A stretch of DNA of 64,000 bases from Flectonema sp. DT1601 (taxonomy: Eukaryota), in NCBI GenBank assembly GCA_964019425.1, contig OZ025806.1:682001-746000 (forward strand), given 5' to 3'. A model generated the notes under the pieces. It worked only from the letters and a program-made list of their open reading frames with translations. It was not told where the DNA came from and ran no database searches. Each line of letters starts with the position of its first letter. The first letter of the stretch is position 1. The position numbers and the translations under genes were made by a program. Of this stretch, positions 43,477 through 55,240 are shown piece by piece.

Positions 43477-44295
43477 ATGCTTTCTAAATTGCGGACGACC
43501 CTTCCAAAGGGTCCCTTGACATTTCAGAACACAGCAAAAAAGGCCAGTGTTGCCTGCATACTTCGTGGGAGTGAAAACTTAGAAATGTTGTTTATAAAAA
43601 GAGCAAGTAATGACGGAGATAAGTGGTCAGGACAGATTGCTTTTCCTGGAGGACGGAAAGATGCTGAAGATGATAATGTAAGAGACACTGCTGAAAGAGA
43701 AGTACTTGAAGAAATAGGATTAGACTTAAGTGTCGGATTTGAGTATATCGGAAGAGCAAAGGATTTCAAAGCTCAAACAGACTTTGCTGTTGCAGTTTGT
43801 TTGTACCGACAGACTTGCGATCTAACACCTAAAATGACTCTGCAAGACACTGAAGTAGCTCTGACAGGATGGATTCCGACTACCTGTTTTCTAGATCCGA
43901 GTAATAAGACGCATGTTAGTTTTCCTGAATTGTCTCCCAGTATGGAATTTAGCGCAATCAACATCCCCTTGAATGACATAACCTTGGCAGGTAATCAGAG
44001 TGACATCCCACCGCCTCCATACGTATTGTGGGGACTTACACTTCGAATGACTACTGATATTTTATCACATATGATTGATGATTACTCTGCTGCTCCGCAA
44101 TTCAGATTCACGGGTCGTTTTGGTACTGCTAAACAAGCAGTTTTTATAGGTGTTATGTCTACTTTCGATACTTTAGGATATCATCCAACTTATAAGTTAA
44201 TTTTAACATTGCAATATTTACTAATGTTCGGAGGTGTCGCAGCTGCGAGTGCATCCGGAGCGATTTTGTTCAACAGCTATAGAGCAAAGTTATAA
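43477..44295 (+). CDS. Nudix hydrolase, CoA pyrophosphatase (NUDT7/8-like), with C-terminal PTS1 -AKL
   Basis: LFIKRA...WSGQIAFPGGRKD...DTAEREVLEEIGL Nudix box; VLWGLT; ends RAKL. Confidence 0.88.
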   Translation: MLSKLRTTLPKGPLTFQNTAKKASVACILRGSENLEMLFIKRASNDGDKWSGQIAFPGGRKDAEDDNVRDTAEREVLEEIGLDLSVGFEYIGRAKDFKAQTDFAVAVCLYRQTCDLTPKMTLQDTEVALTGWIPTTCFLDPSNKTHVSFPELSPSMEFSAINIPLNDITLAGNQSDIPPPPYVLWGLTLRMTTDILSHMIDDYSAAPQFRFTGRFGTAKQAVFIGVMSTFDTLGYHPTYKLILTLQYLLMFGGVAAASASGAILFNSYRAKL

Positions 44296-44907
44296 TTTTT
44301 TCTGTTGAAAATCTCCTTCCTATGGAGTCTTACGGCTTGTGGTGATCGAATGCCTAGTAATTAATAAAAGAATTTTTCTCTGTAACATTTCGCTAATCGC
44401 TGCACCTTAGTTGTTAGTATTACGTCTCTATTTACCTTTTTAGGACTTTGTCTCTTTGTTGATTCGCCTTTCTAACTTTTGTGCGTTTCCTTATTTGCTC
44501 TTTAAAAAAAAAAAAATTGAACTATTTTTGTGGAATTAGGAGTTTTTCCCAAAAGAAGCAAAAAAAGTTGCCTTGGGGAATACACTAATGTGAATTTCAA
44601 AGGTATTATTTGTTTCATTGTCAACTTTTTTAAAGATGGGTCAAATTAAAAAAAAAAAAAAAAAAAAAAAAGAAGCAACAACAACAACAACAACACCGAT
44701 TCCTTTCCCTCTACTGGTTACATTAGCTGTTTTCATATGAGTGCGGAATGAAAGTTTCTCTCTCAATATTTTGGGTTCCAAAAAAAAAAAAAAAAAACAC
44801 AAGAACCTCCAGCGAATTACCAGTCGTAGAGATGCTATTTATGTTTACGTCCTTACGATTTATCACTTTACTCGTTTTAAAGAGAATATCATTACAATAA
44901 ATGAGTA

Positions 44908-46089
44908 ATGAATAGTTTACTACGTAAGAAATCCAATGCTGTGTCTAATATTACCCAAATACTTTGCAACAAACCTAAACAAATAATTTCGTTTGAACCA
45001 ACAAAATGTGTAACTGAGGATTGGGTTAACTCCCTTGAATTAGAAAAAATAAGAAGAAGAAAACAAACGGATTCCGTCATTCAGATGAAGCACACGATTG
45101 ATAGTATGATTTCCAAAGGAGCTTATGTAGGCCCTCATTGTAAAATAGTACTTCTTCAGCAGTATGTTAGTCAACGTTCTGGACCAGCTCTGTTGGAAGA
45201 AACAATTGATGAGATAATTAATATGGGCTCAGCTATCCCAGAAGATTTATTCTCTGCTATCTTAATTCGAATCAGCGGAACAGAAAATTATAAAAAATAC
45301 GCTTTGCAGTATATAGCCTCTGGTTGCAACATAGAAAACCGAGACTTCAGGAATGCAGCAGCACTACACTTCTGTAAACATCATAAAAACCCGCGATATG
45401 CAGCTGAAATGCTTGGAAATTCGATTCCCGCAGCGGGTACTCTACGTGCTATCGCTTCTTGCTTTAATTCATATGATTGTGCGTCTAAATTCATTTATGA
45501 AACTATTGAAAGTAGAGATTGGGGATTATCCCGTACTGACTTTCGAGTAATATCTTCGTTGTTGGGAAAAGTTGATTCTTTTCAAGAAATATCCAATCTA
45601 ATCTCTCAAGGAAAGGATTTGTCAATCAACGATAAGATAATAATAACTACGACTGCGATCGATTCTTGTCGAAGACTAACACTATACGATGAGGCAATCG
45701 AGATAATTAAATCCGTCGATCATTCAAAATATATTACCTTGGAGTACCTAACAGCTGTCAGCAAGTTATGTCATCAAGCTTGTGAGAGGGTTTCAGATGT
45801 GTTTTGGCTAACAGCATGGACCCTTATCTCGTTATTGCAGGTGGTTTGTAAAAATGCACCTCCTTTCGTGTGTGTCATGCATCTGGTTATGTTGTGTATT
45901 AAATTTAAAAATGTTGAAAACATGGAAACTATATTTAATCTATTTACTGACCTCCGAATGAGAATATCATCCAATCTCAAAACACACATCAATGAAGCAT
46001 ACAAAGCATGTGGCAGACCCGTACCAGAGTTTGAAGGAAGGGCAACGGTCTCACCGAGAGCATTCCCTGCTTTATATAAAAGTTCTTGA
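44908..46089 (+). CDS. Hypothetical alpha-helical protein
   Basis: 393-aa ORF on the coding strand; no recognisable motif. Confidence 0.6.
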   Translation: MNSLLRKKSNAVSNITQILCNKPKQIISFEPTKCVTEDWVNSLELEKIRRRKQTDSVIQMKHTIDSMISKGAYVGPHCKIVLLQQYVSQRSGPALLEETIDEIINMGSAIPEDLFSAILIRISGTENYKKYALQYIASGCNIENRDFRNAAALHFCKHHKNPRYAAEMLGNSIPAAGTLRAIASCFNSYDCASKFIYETIESRDWGLSRTDFRVISSLLGKVDSFQEISNLISQGKDLSINDKIIITTTAIDSCRRLTLYDEAIEIIKSVDHSKYITLEYLTAVSKLCHQACERVSDVFWLTAWTLISLLQVVCKNAPPFVCVMHLVMLCIKFKNVENMETIFNLFTDLRMRISSNLKTHINEAYKACGRPVPEFEGRATVSPRAFPALYKSS

Positions 46090-46202
46090 ACTAAGCTTAA
46101 GATTTGAAGCTAATTTGCCAAAAAAGAAAAACAGCAACATATCCTTATTAATGTTACGGTTTTATTCCTTTTTCAGAAAACCTCACAGTAATAAAAAGAA
46201 CA

Positions 46203-47156
46203 ATGAACTCAGTTAGAATTATTGTTTCGCTTGTGTTGTGCAGCATCGGGTTGGCAGATGTAGAAACAGTAACTGTCGGAGTTGGATGTTTTTTTAAAGG
46301 AAAGCAAAGTTTTGAAGAAAGTGGCGTAGCATTAACTAAAATTACAATGGGCTACTCTGGTGGGTTCGTTAAGAGTCCTTCATTTGAGAAGGTAATGAGA
46401 GGGAGAACTGGACATGCCGAGGCATTGCAAATTCAATTCAATCCTACAGAAACCCCACTAAAGAAAGTTCTTGACGTCTTCTGGGAAAGCCATGATCCGA
46501 CTTCCCTAAATAAGCAGGTATGAGTGCATTTGATTTTTTATAGGTAATTTTCATTCGGTAGAAAAAAAAAAAAAAAAATTCCACCACAGGGTGACGACAT
46601 TGGCTCTCAATATCGATCCGTGTTATTCTTTAACAGCCCTGAGCAAAATGAGACCATGCACGAGTCAAAGTCGAAGTATGACCTGTCTGGGGTATCAAAA
46701 AAGAGAGCCGTCACAGAGGTATGTAGTTGTATTGTTTACCCGATGCAAAACAAATCAATAATTAAAGAAAAAAAAAAAAAAAAAAAAAACCCGCAGATCG
46801 TTTCCTTTGAGGCTTTCTTTGAAGCGGAAGAAAACATTTCGCAAATAGCAACAATTGTGGGACAGAAGATTAAACAAGAACACGAGGCATTCTTAAACAA
46901 AATTAAGGAACAGCAAGACCCGAGTGTTTTAGAACAAAAATTAATTGAACAAAAGCTTATGGAAGTCACAGAGCAGAAGTCTGGGATGACTACTGAAGTT
47001 CCGTTAGTGTCATCGTCATCGTCATCATCATCTTCTTCATCATCCTCTTCTTCTTCGTCTTCTTCTTCTTCTTCTTCTAGCGACAGTGGAAGTGAGTCCA
47101 GCGGAGGATCAGCCAGCGACAGTGGGACGTCTGAAGCTGAAAAGGAAACAAATTGA
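46203..47156 (+). CDS. Divergent, signal-peptide-bearing MsrA-like protein with poly-Ser tail; exons 46203-46517, 46590-46718, 46797-47156
   Basis: GCFF, GYSGG, PSFEKV..GRTGHAEA, FWESHDPT.LNKQ|GDDIGSQYRS (restored by splicing), TE|IV....FFEAEE. Confidence 0.82.
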
Positions 47157-47607
47157 GGTTTTCTGATATTTGGTGTAACACTGGGATCACTGAGTCCACT
47201 CAGAGGGTGAGAACAAAAAAAAAAAAAAAAATAAGATAAAATAACACAAACACCTTGTCCCACATTAATGATTAACAAGATTTGTCCAGCAGCCAAAAAA
47301 AAAAAAAAAAAAGTGCCATCTTAACCACATTCTTTCACTCTTTCACGATCCAGCATACTAAAGGGCACTCTCCGTTGTGTAATATATTTTATTTGCAATT
47401 TAAGCTTGGATGGGAGTTAGTAGTTTTTCCAGACCTTTTTAAGATTCTAACTATTATGTTGAGATAACTAAGACATCTCTTTTCCCCTTTTCAACATTGT
47501 TAATGTTATTTTTTTGCAACAGACTGCCGTAATTCTTGTTTCGCTTTGTTTCATCGTATTCTTTAGACGGATGTTTATTAATCACCCTTCTCAGTTGTAG
47601 TTCAGTG

Positions 47608-50600
47608 ATGTATTCCAGGACTGCATTGTTGGTAGCACTCGTGATAGTTGAAGTTATCGGCAATCATGTGAATAGCTCACTTCTCTTGAATAGTACAGCA
47701 GCTTTAGGTGTAACAAAATCTGGGGAATTTACGTTCAACGTTTCTGGTGTAGTTGGGAACGTTACGTCAAGTAGGGTGATTAATAATACTGTTGTCGGGT
47801 CGCTAAACATTACATCCGTAGCTGATAATGGTACAGCAGCTCCTTTGGGCTTTACGGGATCGTCTTGGAATGGAGCTGGTGGTGCTCTTTTAAACTTCAC
47901 TTCGGCGCTCAATAACACAGCGGGTGACATCGTCGTAGGTACTGCATCATCGAATTCAACAGCAGGTTTCAACCGTACGAATTTGTTGTCGAACTTTACT
48001 GCCGCACCTTCGAATTTCACACCTTGGAACTTCATGGGAACGCCTTGGAACCTCACAGCCGCATCTTCGAATTTCACAGCACCTTGGAACTTCACGGCAC
48101 CACCTAACAATTTCACAGCGCCTTGGAACTTCACAGCACCGCCTTCCAATTTCACAGCGCCTTGGAACTTCACAGCACCGCCTTCCAATTTCACAGCGCC
48201 TTGGAACTTCACAGCACCGCCTTCCAATTTCACAGCGCCTTGGAACTTCACTTCCAACTTCACGGCAGCACTTTGGAACTTCACGGCACCACCTAACAAT
48301 TTCACAGCGCCTTGGAACTTCACTTCCAATTTCACAGCATCGCCTTCCAACTTCACAGCAACACCTTGGAACTTCACAGCATCGCCTTCCAACTTCACAG
48401 CAGCACCTTCCAACTTCACAGCATCGCCTTCCAACTTCACAGCAACACCTTGGAACTTCACAGCATCGCCTTCCAACTTCACAGCAGCACCTTCCAACTT
48501 CACAGCATCGCCTTCCAACTTCACAGCAACACCTTGGAACTTCACAGCATCGCCTTCCACAGAGGCACCTGTTAGTGCTACTGCTGCACCAATCAACGTT
48601 ACTGGTTCACCAATCCCTATGACTAGTGTTCCAACAAGTAACCCCACGGCGTCACCTTTTAAAGGCACAGCTGTTCCTTCTGATAGTTTTACAAGCAGTC
48701 CTACATCAGTTCCTTTAGACGTTACAAGATCGCCGTCCAGTATACCGTCAGCAGCTCCTTCTGGCGTTACAGATTCCTGTGATAAGTGTTCATCTATTCA
48801 AAGATGTGTTGTTCTTGTTGATGGACAAGTTACTTGTCACAATCTTGATGAGTGTTCAATTAAGAGAAGGTTATCCAACCTGATTGATTGTACTTCACCA
48901 GACATCTGTAAGATGCTACCTATTGGACTACCGTCGTGTACTCGACCACTTGATGATAACGATTGCAACAAGAGATGTATTTCAAAAGGGTTGGTCTGTA
49001 ATAGTGACATGAAATGTGTTGTCGATAAGTGTATTGATTTTGTGTGGCCTCCAGAAGGAATTGAGTTTTGTGATGCTTTAGGAAAATGTTCATCTGGTAA
49101 AAAGTGTACAGGATGTACATCATCAGTTACTTGTGACAGTACCGGATCCTTTGTACAAAGTAATGACTGTAGACCAACTTGTGAAAGTATTTCATTTGAG
49201 TGTGTTCCTAACCAGATGAAACATCGGACTTCAGAAGAAATATCAACCTGCTGCACGTCATCAGGTATCGGATGTGTTTCCTTTGATTGCTACAACTCCG
49301 AAACAACAGAAAACTGGTCAAGTGATCAACTATCCTATTGCTGTAATTCTACTGGAAGAGGATGTCTATCAAGTGATGTGTTTAACTGTTTTGATAGCGA
49401 TCCTCGTAGTTGGTCGTTCTTAAAAAGTAGCTGGTGCTGCAAATATAAATCAATTGCCTGTCCATCAGTTGGAACCCATTGCAATACAACACGGAATGAA
49501 TTAACTAAAGATCAATCTGATTATTGTTGTAAAACATCTGGGAAGGGTTGTACTACTGACAACGGGTACGACTGTACTTGGGACAGCACTACAACATCAC
49601 CTTGGGACAGTAAACACAGAAGATGGTGTTGTGCGAGAAAAGGTATTCGATGTCCGGCGTCTGATCCATTTGAGTGCCATATCAACACTTCAACATACAG
49701 TGATAACCAAAGAGCATGGTGTTGTTCAAATAAGAACATTGGTTGCGAGTATCAGTGTCAGCTAACTACCAAAGAAATAAATAAATTACCAGACAGTCAT
49801 AAATCGTATTGCTGTTTACATTTTGATGTCGGGTGTAAGTCGAATAAAGAACAAATAAACTGCTACGATTCATCACATGAATGGGATACAAAACAAAAAG
49901 AATATTGTTGTTTAACAAACAACATTGGATGTTCGACTAACTGCAATGTTGCAAAAGGATTACTATCGCAAAGTCAATTAAAGGAATGCTGTGACACCAA
50001 AGGCATTCATTGCCAATCATCGAAAACTACATTCAAGACTGATGGTGTCGAACAACGAATATTGTTTAAATCATCTTGGGATCAGCTTTCTAAAAATCCG
50101 TTACGGTTTGTTCAACTGTGTCGTTCAGCGATGATCTTATCTTCAAAAGTTTTACAAAGAAACCCATCACTTCTAACTGTTACATATGCAGGAATGCTGA
50201 AATCACATTTTGAAATCCCAACTAAAGACATGACAGACAATTGGGGATACCTCGCTCAATCAAATTGGAATGTCGATACTCCCTCGTTAATAACATTCTT
50301 ACAGAGTGGTGTACTGCAATCGAGTCATACTGTCAACAGGTTGTCACGGATTGGAAAATTTAAAAACCATGATGACGAGTACGTCATGGTAAGTTACTAC
50401 GTTGAAGGATCAAACAGCGAAATCGCATCCATCACAGCCGATCTTGAGAATGGAAAGGAAACTATTTTCCTTTCAAACAATGAGGGGTACACGATGATTC
50501 TGGCAGATGCCAAGATCGAAGTTATTGTTTCCGATCCTCCAAAAACACCGAAAAAGTCATCAAAATTTCGATTGTGGTTTATCGCGATGCCATTATTAAG

Positions 50601-50796
50601 TATCTTTACAATTGGAAGTTTAATCGGAGCTTACATCGTACGGAGAAGGCAAAAACAAGAACGACCAAAACGAAACGACAAACATAAAGAGCTACAAGAC
50701 GCTACTGATATGGAGCTGGAGTTCGAAATGGAAGATGATGATGATGATGATGACACCTTAAGGTCTGTTGAAGTTATAATGATTGGCAATATATGA
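47608..50796 (+). CDS. Type I membrane glycoprotein with N-F-T sequon repeats and Cys-rich (W..CC...GxGC) repeats
   Basis: Signal peptide MYSRTALLVALVIVEVIG; NFT repeat block; about eight to nine CC-x3/4-GxGC-type units; TM LWFIAMPLLSIFTIGSLIGAYIV followed by RRR. Confidence 0.8.
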   Translation: MYSRTALLVALVIVEVIGNHVNSSLLLNSTAALGVTKSGEFTFNVSGVVGNVTSSRVINNTVVGSLNITSVADNGTAAPLGFTGSSWNGAGGALLNFTSALNNTAGDIVVGTASSNSTAGFNRTNLLSNFTAAPSNFTPWNFMGTPWNLTAASSNFTAPWNFTAPPNNFTAPWNFTAPPSNFTAPWNFTAPPSNFTAPWNFTAPPSNFTAPWNFTSNFTAALWNFTAPPNNFTAPWNFTSNFTASPSNFTATPWNFTASPSNFTAAPSNFTASPSNFTATPWNFTASPSNFTAAPSNFTASPSNFTATPWNFTASPSTEAPVSATAAPINVTGSPIPMTSVPTSNPTASPFKGTAVPSDSFTSSPTSVPLDVTRSPSSIPSAAPSGVTDSCDKCSSIQRCVVLVDGQVTCHNLDECSIKRRLSNLIDCTSPDICKMLPIGLPSCTRPLDDNDCNKRCISKGLVCNSDMKCVVDKCIDFVWPPEGIEFCDALGKCSSGKKCTGCTSSVTCDSTGSFVQSNDCRPTCESISFECVPNQMKHRTSEEISTCCTSSGIGCVSFDCYNSETTENWSSDQLSYCCNSTGRGCLSSDVFNCFDSDPRSWSFLKSSWCCKYKSIACPSVGTHCNTTRNELTKDQSDYCCKTSGKGCTTDNGYDCTWDSTTTSPWDSKHRRWCCARKGIRCPASDPFECHINTSTYSDNQRAWCCSNKNIGCEYQCQLTTKEINKLPDSHKSYCCLHFDVGCKSNKEQINCYDSSHEWDTKQKEYCCLTNNIGCSTNCNVAKGLLSQSQLKECCDTKGIHCQSSKTTFKTDGVEQRILFKSSWDQLSKNPLRFVQLCRSAMILSSKVLQRNPSLLTVTYAGMLKSHFEIPTKDMTDNWGYLAQSNWNVDTPSLITFLQSGVLQSSHTVNRLSRIGKFKNHDDEYVMVSYYVEGSNSEIASITADLENGKETIFLSNNEGYTMILADAKIEVIVSDPPKTPKKSSKFRLWFIAMPLLSIFTIGSLIGAYIVRRRQKQERPKRNDKHKELQDATDMELEFEMEDDDDDDDTLRSVEVIMIGNI
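47990..48560 (+). repeat. Coding minisatellite (18-21 nt units, aa(c/t)ttcacagc...)
   Basis: Tandem ccttggaacttcacagca / ccttccaa(c/t)ttcacagca units encoding PWNFTA and PSNFTA. Confidence 0.92.
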
Positions 50797-51428
50797 GTCC
50801 CTGCATTAGGTAGGGTTTCACTTTATTCTTGTGAGTAGACTGCAATCTGATCACGAATCGCAATAATACATAGTTGACGAACAATCAAATATTTTTTTGT
50901 TTTTTTTTTAAAAGAACAACAATATAATAAAAAAGAGATGATATTCCCAAAAAAAAGATAAAATGAATCCACTTCTTTTTTTTTATAGATTTTTTTACTG
51001 TCTGTTTTACTTCCGTTTTTAATATTCTCTCTCTTTTTTTTTTGTTTTTGCATTGTGAACAATCGACTAATATCGGTTATTGAACACGTGAGTGTTTCAA
51101 CACCACTGATGACCTTTTTAAAAATTTAGTTTTGTAGTTTTGTTTATATCCGTGTTGTCTCTTGGGGCATGCAATCTTTGCCGTGTCCATCTGCCTTGAA
51201 TGGAAAAAAAAAAAAACTAATACAGTACGTAGCCTCTCTTCTTACAAAAGAAGACAGCTGTGTAATATTTCCCCCCTTTTTTTTTTTCTACTTACATTCG
51301 GTAGAAGAGAGAATTGTAGCAGCGTAACTAGCCTGTTCCTTTATTACGATTTTTGTACCGGTTGCGCACAAACGAAGGTGTGAGTAAGAAAGTAAAAAAA
51401 TGAAGTTTTCCGATTCTTTTCTTTTTTT

Positions 51429-51551
51429 GCACCGACGAAGTCGGAGAAGAAACTATTCTGATTAATAGCCGTTTACTTATTAAGTCAAATGTTATCTATT
51501 TCCCCGCGTCAGTAGTAATATTTTGTGCGAATATAAGGCTTATCTGCATGG
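51429..51551. repeat. T-tract-embedded dispersed repeat family, copy A
   Basis: ccgacgaagtcggagaagaaactattctgatt...taaggcttatctgcatgg, flanked by T runs. Confidence 0.8.
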
Positions 51552-51791
51552 TTTTTTTTTTGTTGTTGTTTGTTCAGGTAATAATTACACGGTACTAACA
51601 AAAAAAGAACTGAAAAGTCGCAATGTAAACGCCACTCTGTAATGGCATGTTTTACAACAGGATGAACTATTGTCCGTTTTTTTCTTTTTTTAAACGGCGC
51701 CAAACCTTCCTCTCTACAATAGAAATGAATTATCGGCGGGGCATTTCAATCTAAATCAGGACACATACTGCTGTTCTTTTTTTTTTTTTTT

Positions 51792-51910
51792 TTTCTTCTC
51801 CGACGTAGTCGGAGAAGAAACTATTCAGATTATGGCCGACAGTTATTTGTTTTCACCTGTGCGACAGGGAGCTGTCTGCGTTCAACGAAAAGTAAGGCTA
51901 ATCTGAATGG
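51792..51910. repeat. T-tract-embedded dispersed repeat family, copy B
   Basis: ccgacgtagtcggagaagaaactattcagatt...taaggctaatctgaatgg, flanked by T runs. Confidence 0.8.
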
Positions 51911-52087
51911 TTTTTTTTTTTTTTTTTTTGATTGTCATATATTGCATGATCGGTCTTTGATACGTTAGAGACACACATCAATTACAAGAGTTCACAATAC
52001 CATCTGTTACGTTATTTATATTATTTCAACCCCCCCTTTCCCTTATTCAGAACGGAGAAAAGCTCTACAGGGGAGCCTCTGTTAACA

Positions 52088-53196
52088 ATGTCAAAATCCT
52101 TCTCCAGACCGGATAATCCAAAGAGAATAATAAATCAAGTAGCTTTAACCTCTCGGCTGTCATTTAAAAGATCTACAGATTATGTACCGAAAATAGATTA
52201 CCATCTTGGAACGAGACAGGAGAAGGCTTTCTTAAGAAGAAACAAAGCAAAGAAAAGACCAACCGCGATAGAATTCTGGGAGTCCAACGAAGAATTTCGA
52301 ATTCAGAAACTAAACAATCCTTGGGCTAGGGCATTTCAGAGAAAAGGATTAAGTTCATCATCGGCTGAGGTCACGATAAATCCAAATAATAAATTTAAAC
52401 CGATGGTTGCATGGCCAACGTTAACAGGAGATGATGAAAAGATTACATCATTTCATGAAAAGTACGAATACCCTCTGATTGGAGTTAATCCTTTAATTTT
52501 ATGGACTGAAAGACACGCTCGGCCAACATCAACTCTGTGGAGACAACCCAACTCACGAACTTGGATAGAAAGAGGGTTTGAGCATCCCCACGATCCCCAT
52601 GAATATTTCGAAGGATTGACGTACTGCATTTTGAGAGTTCCAATTGAGGATTTGGGAGCCAAGGGCGACATCGTTGCTGTTCACCCAGATCAATTTCGTA
52701 ACGATCTTCACCCAAACCGACTTGCTGTAGTAGCAACTCGGGAGAACTGTACTCTTCTAGGGGTAGCTTATGATACTCTGTACCAAGATCATGAAACACG
52801 TATTCAACATGGTAAGCTAATGGAAAGACAACCGTGGGTATGGGATCAATTACAGGGGATACCTTGGGAAGACTTTACTAAAAAACCACTCACTGAGCAA
52901 TCATCTAAAAGAGACGACCCATGGGATGGTGAAGTTGATCGTCCGATCTTTGCTGCGGAAACGGTTGCCAAAAACAAGGCGTTGGCTTCAGACAGGCGTC
53001 AGGAAAAGTATGATTTTTCTTTAATTTCTTTGTGTTACTTTATCCATCATGGTAGTTATAGCTCTGGCCCCCCCTTCCATTGCAAACAAACTCCTACAAC
53101 AACAACAAAACAACAACAAACAGACAAGCAAAGAGCGACAAAATGGCGGCGAGAAAAGCTGGTGCCGGCGTACAGTTGTTCGATCTTGATAATTAG
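52088..53196 (+). CDS. Mitochondrial ribosomal protein bL9-like (extended); exons 52088-53007, 53124-53196
   Basis: L9 N-terminal-domain motif CILRVPIEDLGAKGDIVAVHPDQFRNDLHPNRLAVVATREN; GT-AG intron 53008-53123 gives the ending KQAKSDKMAARKAGAGVQLFDLDN*. Confidence 0.75.
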
Positions 53197-53466
53197 TCTT
53201 TCTGTGAGAATGTTAAGGCGAATTACCGATAACGACATCAGGGAATTCTTCATTAAGATGTCACCCAGCAGTGTATTAAAAAGGTTTCTTCTATTCTACT
53301 ATTGCATTGCGCACTTGAGTCAAAAATCTGTTTTTTTTTTATTATAGTTCATTTTTTAAATTCAATCATCCCATAATTCATCATAACCACAGGTAACCTA
53401 TACTTCACTTATATGCTATTTTAAAACAACAACACAATCCAAAAAATTGTTTTATATTAAACAGAC

Positions 53467-55116
53467 ATGCAAGATGCCTATGGTAATGTGCAGACTGCAC
53501 CATCAATGTCAGCTGGATGGGGAAGATCTAAGCCTGAACAGGGCAGTGAAGTAGATAGGCTGCTATCGCAGTTGTGGAAAGATCCATCCCCAGAAAATAG
53601 AAGCAGATCAGTCTCAGTAGTAGAAGATGCTGATAAAGAGAATAGAACATCCGCAGTTCAGCAATACGAAGCAATGCTAAAACAGAGACTCTACGGTGCT
53701 GACGATACACCCTCAGTACCCAAATCGAATTCTCCATCAGCACATGTTCAATATGATACCGGGTCTAGTAGTAAACCTAAGGGTGACTCAAAAGTTTTCG
53801 ATCGCACTGAGCTCTGGAAACAGGGAAAGGAAAGTCAACTATCCCATTTGCGTAAACGGCGTGAAGAAGAGGAAGCCGCGGCTTGCACGTTTAATCCGAA
53901 AATAAATGGATCATATCCAAATAAGAGTATGGGAGGCAACGTTATTGACCGATTATACCAAAGTAAGAAACTCACCAACACTACTATAAATCAACAGCGA
54001 AAACAGCGGCTTGAACAGGAAACACAAGAATGTACATTTCAACCTACACTTAACAGAAATATGTGGACTGAAGCAGTAGAGCCCCGTTACTTAAATCCGA
54101 CTGAGAGTTCTCAGTCAAGTAGAATGATGACTATTCCTGATGAAGAGGAATGTACCTTTAAACCTAATATTACTCGATATCAACCTGTTGCTGCACAGCC
54201 ATACTTAGAAACCAACGCATTTGAGAGGTTGTCAATGAGCGCTAATCATATATTAGATGATAAAGCTGTTCGTCAATCACAACGTTGGAGGACTCAACTG
54301 ACAAAGGAACCTCGAAGAAGAGCAAATAGCGCTTCAACAAGAGGACGTCAGCAAGATTCGATGCAAAACTTTTTTGAAAGATTAAAAAAAAAAGAAGAGA
54401 GGCGATTAGAAAATTTAGAAATAATTAGATGCAATGAACCAGGGAGTATTCAGAAATTCACTCCAGAGATTAATACAAAGAGTAGGCAGCTGACGCAGGG
54501 CAGGTCAGGTGATTTCTTTGAGCGACTTAACACCGACTTACGAAGACGAGAGTGCCGAGAGAATCAAACACGAGTCGCTCATGAAATAAAAGATGACCTT
54601 GATGAGTGTTCCTTCAGGCCTACTATTACCCCAGTTGCTCAGTCTTTGCGAGGGCGAACATGCGACGAGCTTTCAAAAGGCGACTTGGATCGCCAACAGG
54701 AAAAACTTCGCCGCCAAGCTCTTGAACGCCACACCCGAGAATTAGAAGGCTGCCCATTTCAACCTCAACTCAATTCAACCGCTTATAATATCCGTAGTAA
54801 GGTTTCTGTGAAAACAGATCCGTCGGCTTACATCGCGTGGGCAAAGCATCGTGCTGAACAGAGACAGCATTATCTGTCATCTGAAAAACAAAAACGTGAT
54901 GAAGAAGATCTCAAGAAGTGTACATTCAAACCTCAAATACACACCGCTCCTGGATACGTTAGTGCCATTGCTGCTTCAGTATGCCATTGCTTAAATATTC
55001 TCCTTATTGGAAATACAAAAATAAATACAAACCAATAAAAAAAAAAAAAACAGGTCAATTTAGCTAAGCCTCCACCGGAACCGGAAATGCCTCGGCATAC
55101 CTTTGGATACGATTAA
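53467..55116 (+). CDS. Coiled-coil protein with repeated (E)C(T/S/P)FxPxI motifs (cytoskeletal/flagellar-type); exons 53467-54978, 55054-55116
   Basis: CTFNPKIN, CTFQPTLN, CTFKPNIT, FTPEIN, CSFRPTIT, CPFQPQLN, CTFKPQIH; GT-AG intron 54979-55053. Confidence 0.75.
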
Positions 55117-55167
55117 AGTAATCTATGTTGATGACCTTTTTTTTTTTTTTTTTTTTGGTTTTTTTTG

Positions 55168-55240
55168 TACCGACGCAGTCGAAGAAGAAACTATTCAGAT
55201 TGAAAGCCGTTGTTTCGTATTGGTCATTATCTGAAATGGG
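55168..55240. repeat. T-tract-embedded dispersed repeat family, copy C (in a 3' UTR)
   Basis: ccgacgcagtcgaagaagaaactattcagatt...ttatctgaaatggg. Confidence 0.75.

Noticed and set aside
46736..47296. Minus-strand acidic ORF (poly-E/D)
   Set aside because: Antisense of the poly-Ser tract of the MsrA-like gene.
47990..48560. CRISPR-like array
   Set aside because: Units are contiguous coding repeats with no unique spacers; eukaryotic context and no cas genes.
47664..48668. 334-aa minus-strand ORF with AVKLEG/AVKFQG repeats
   Set aside because: Antisense shadow of the NFT minisatellite in the + strand glycoprotein.
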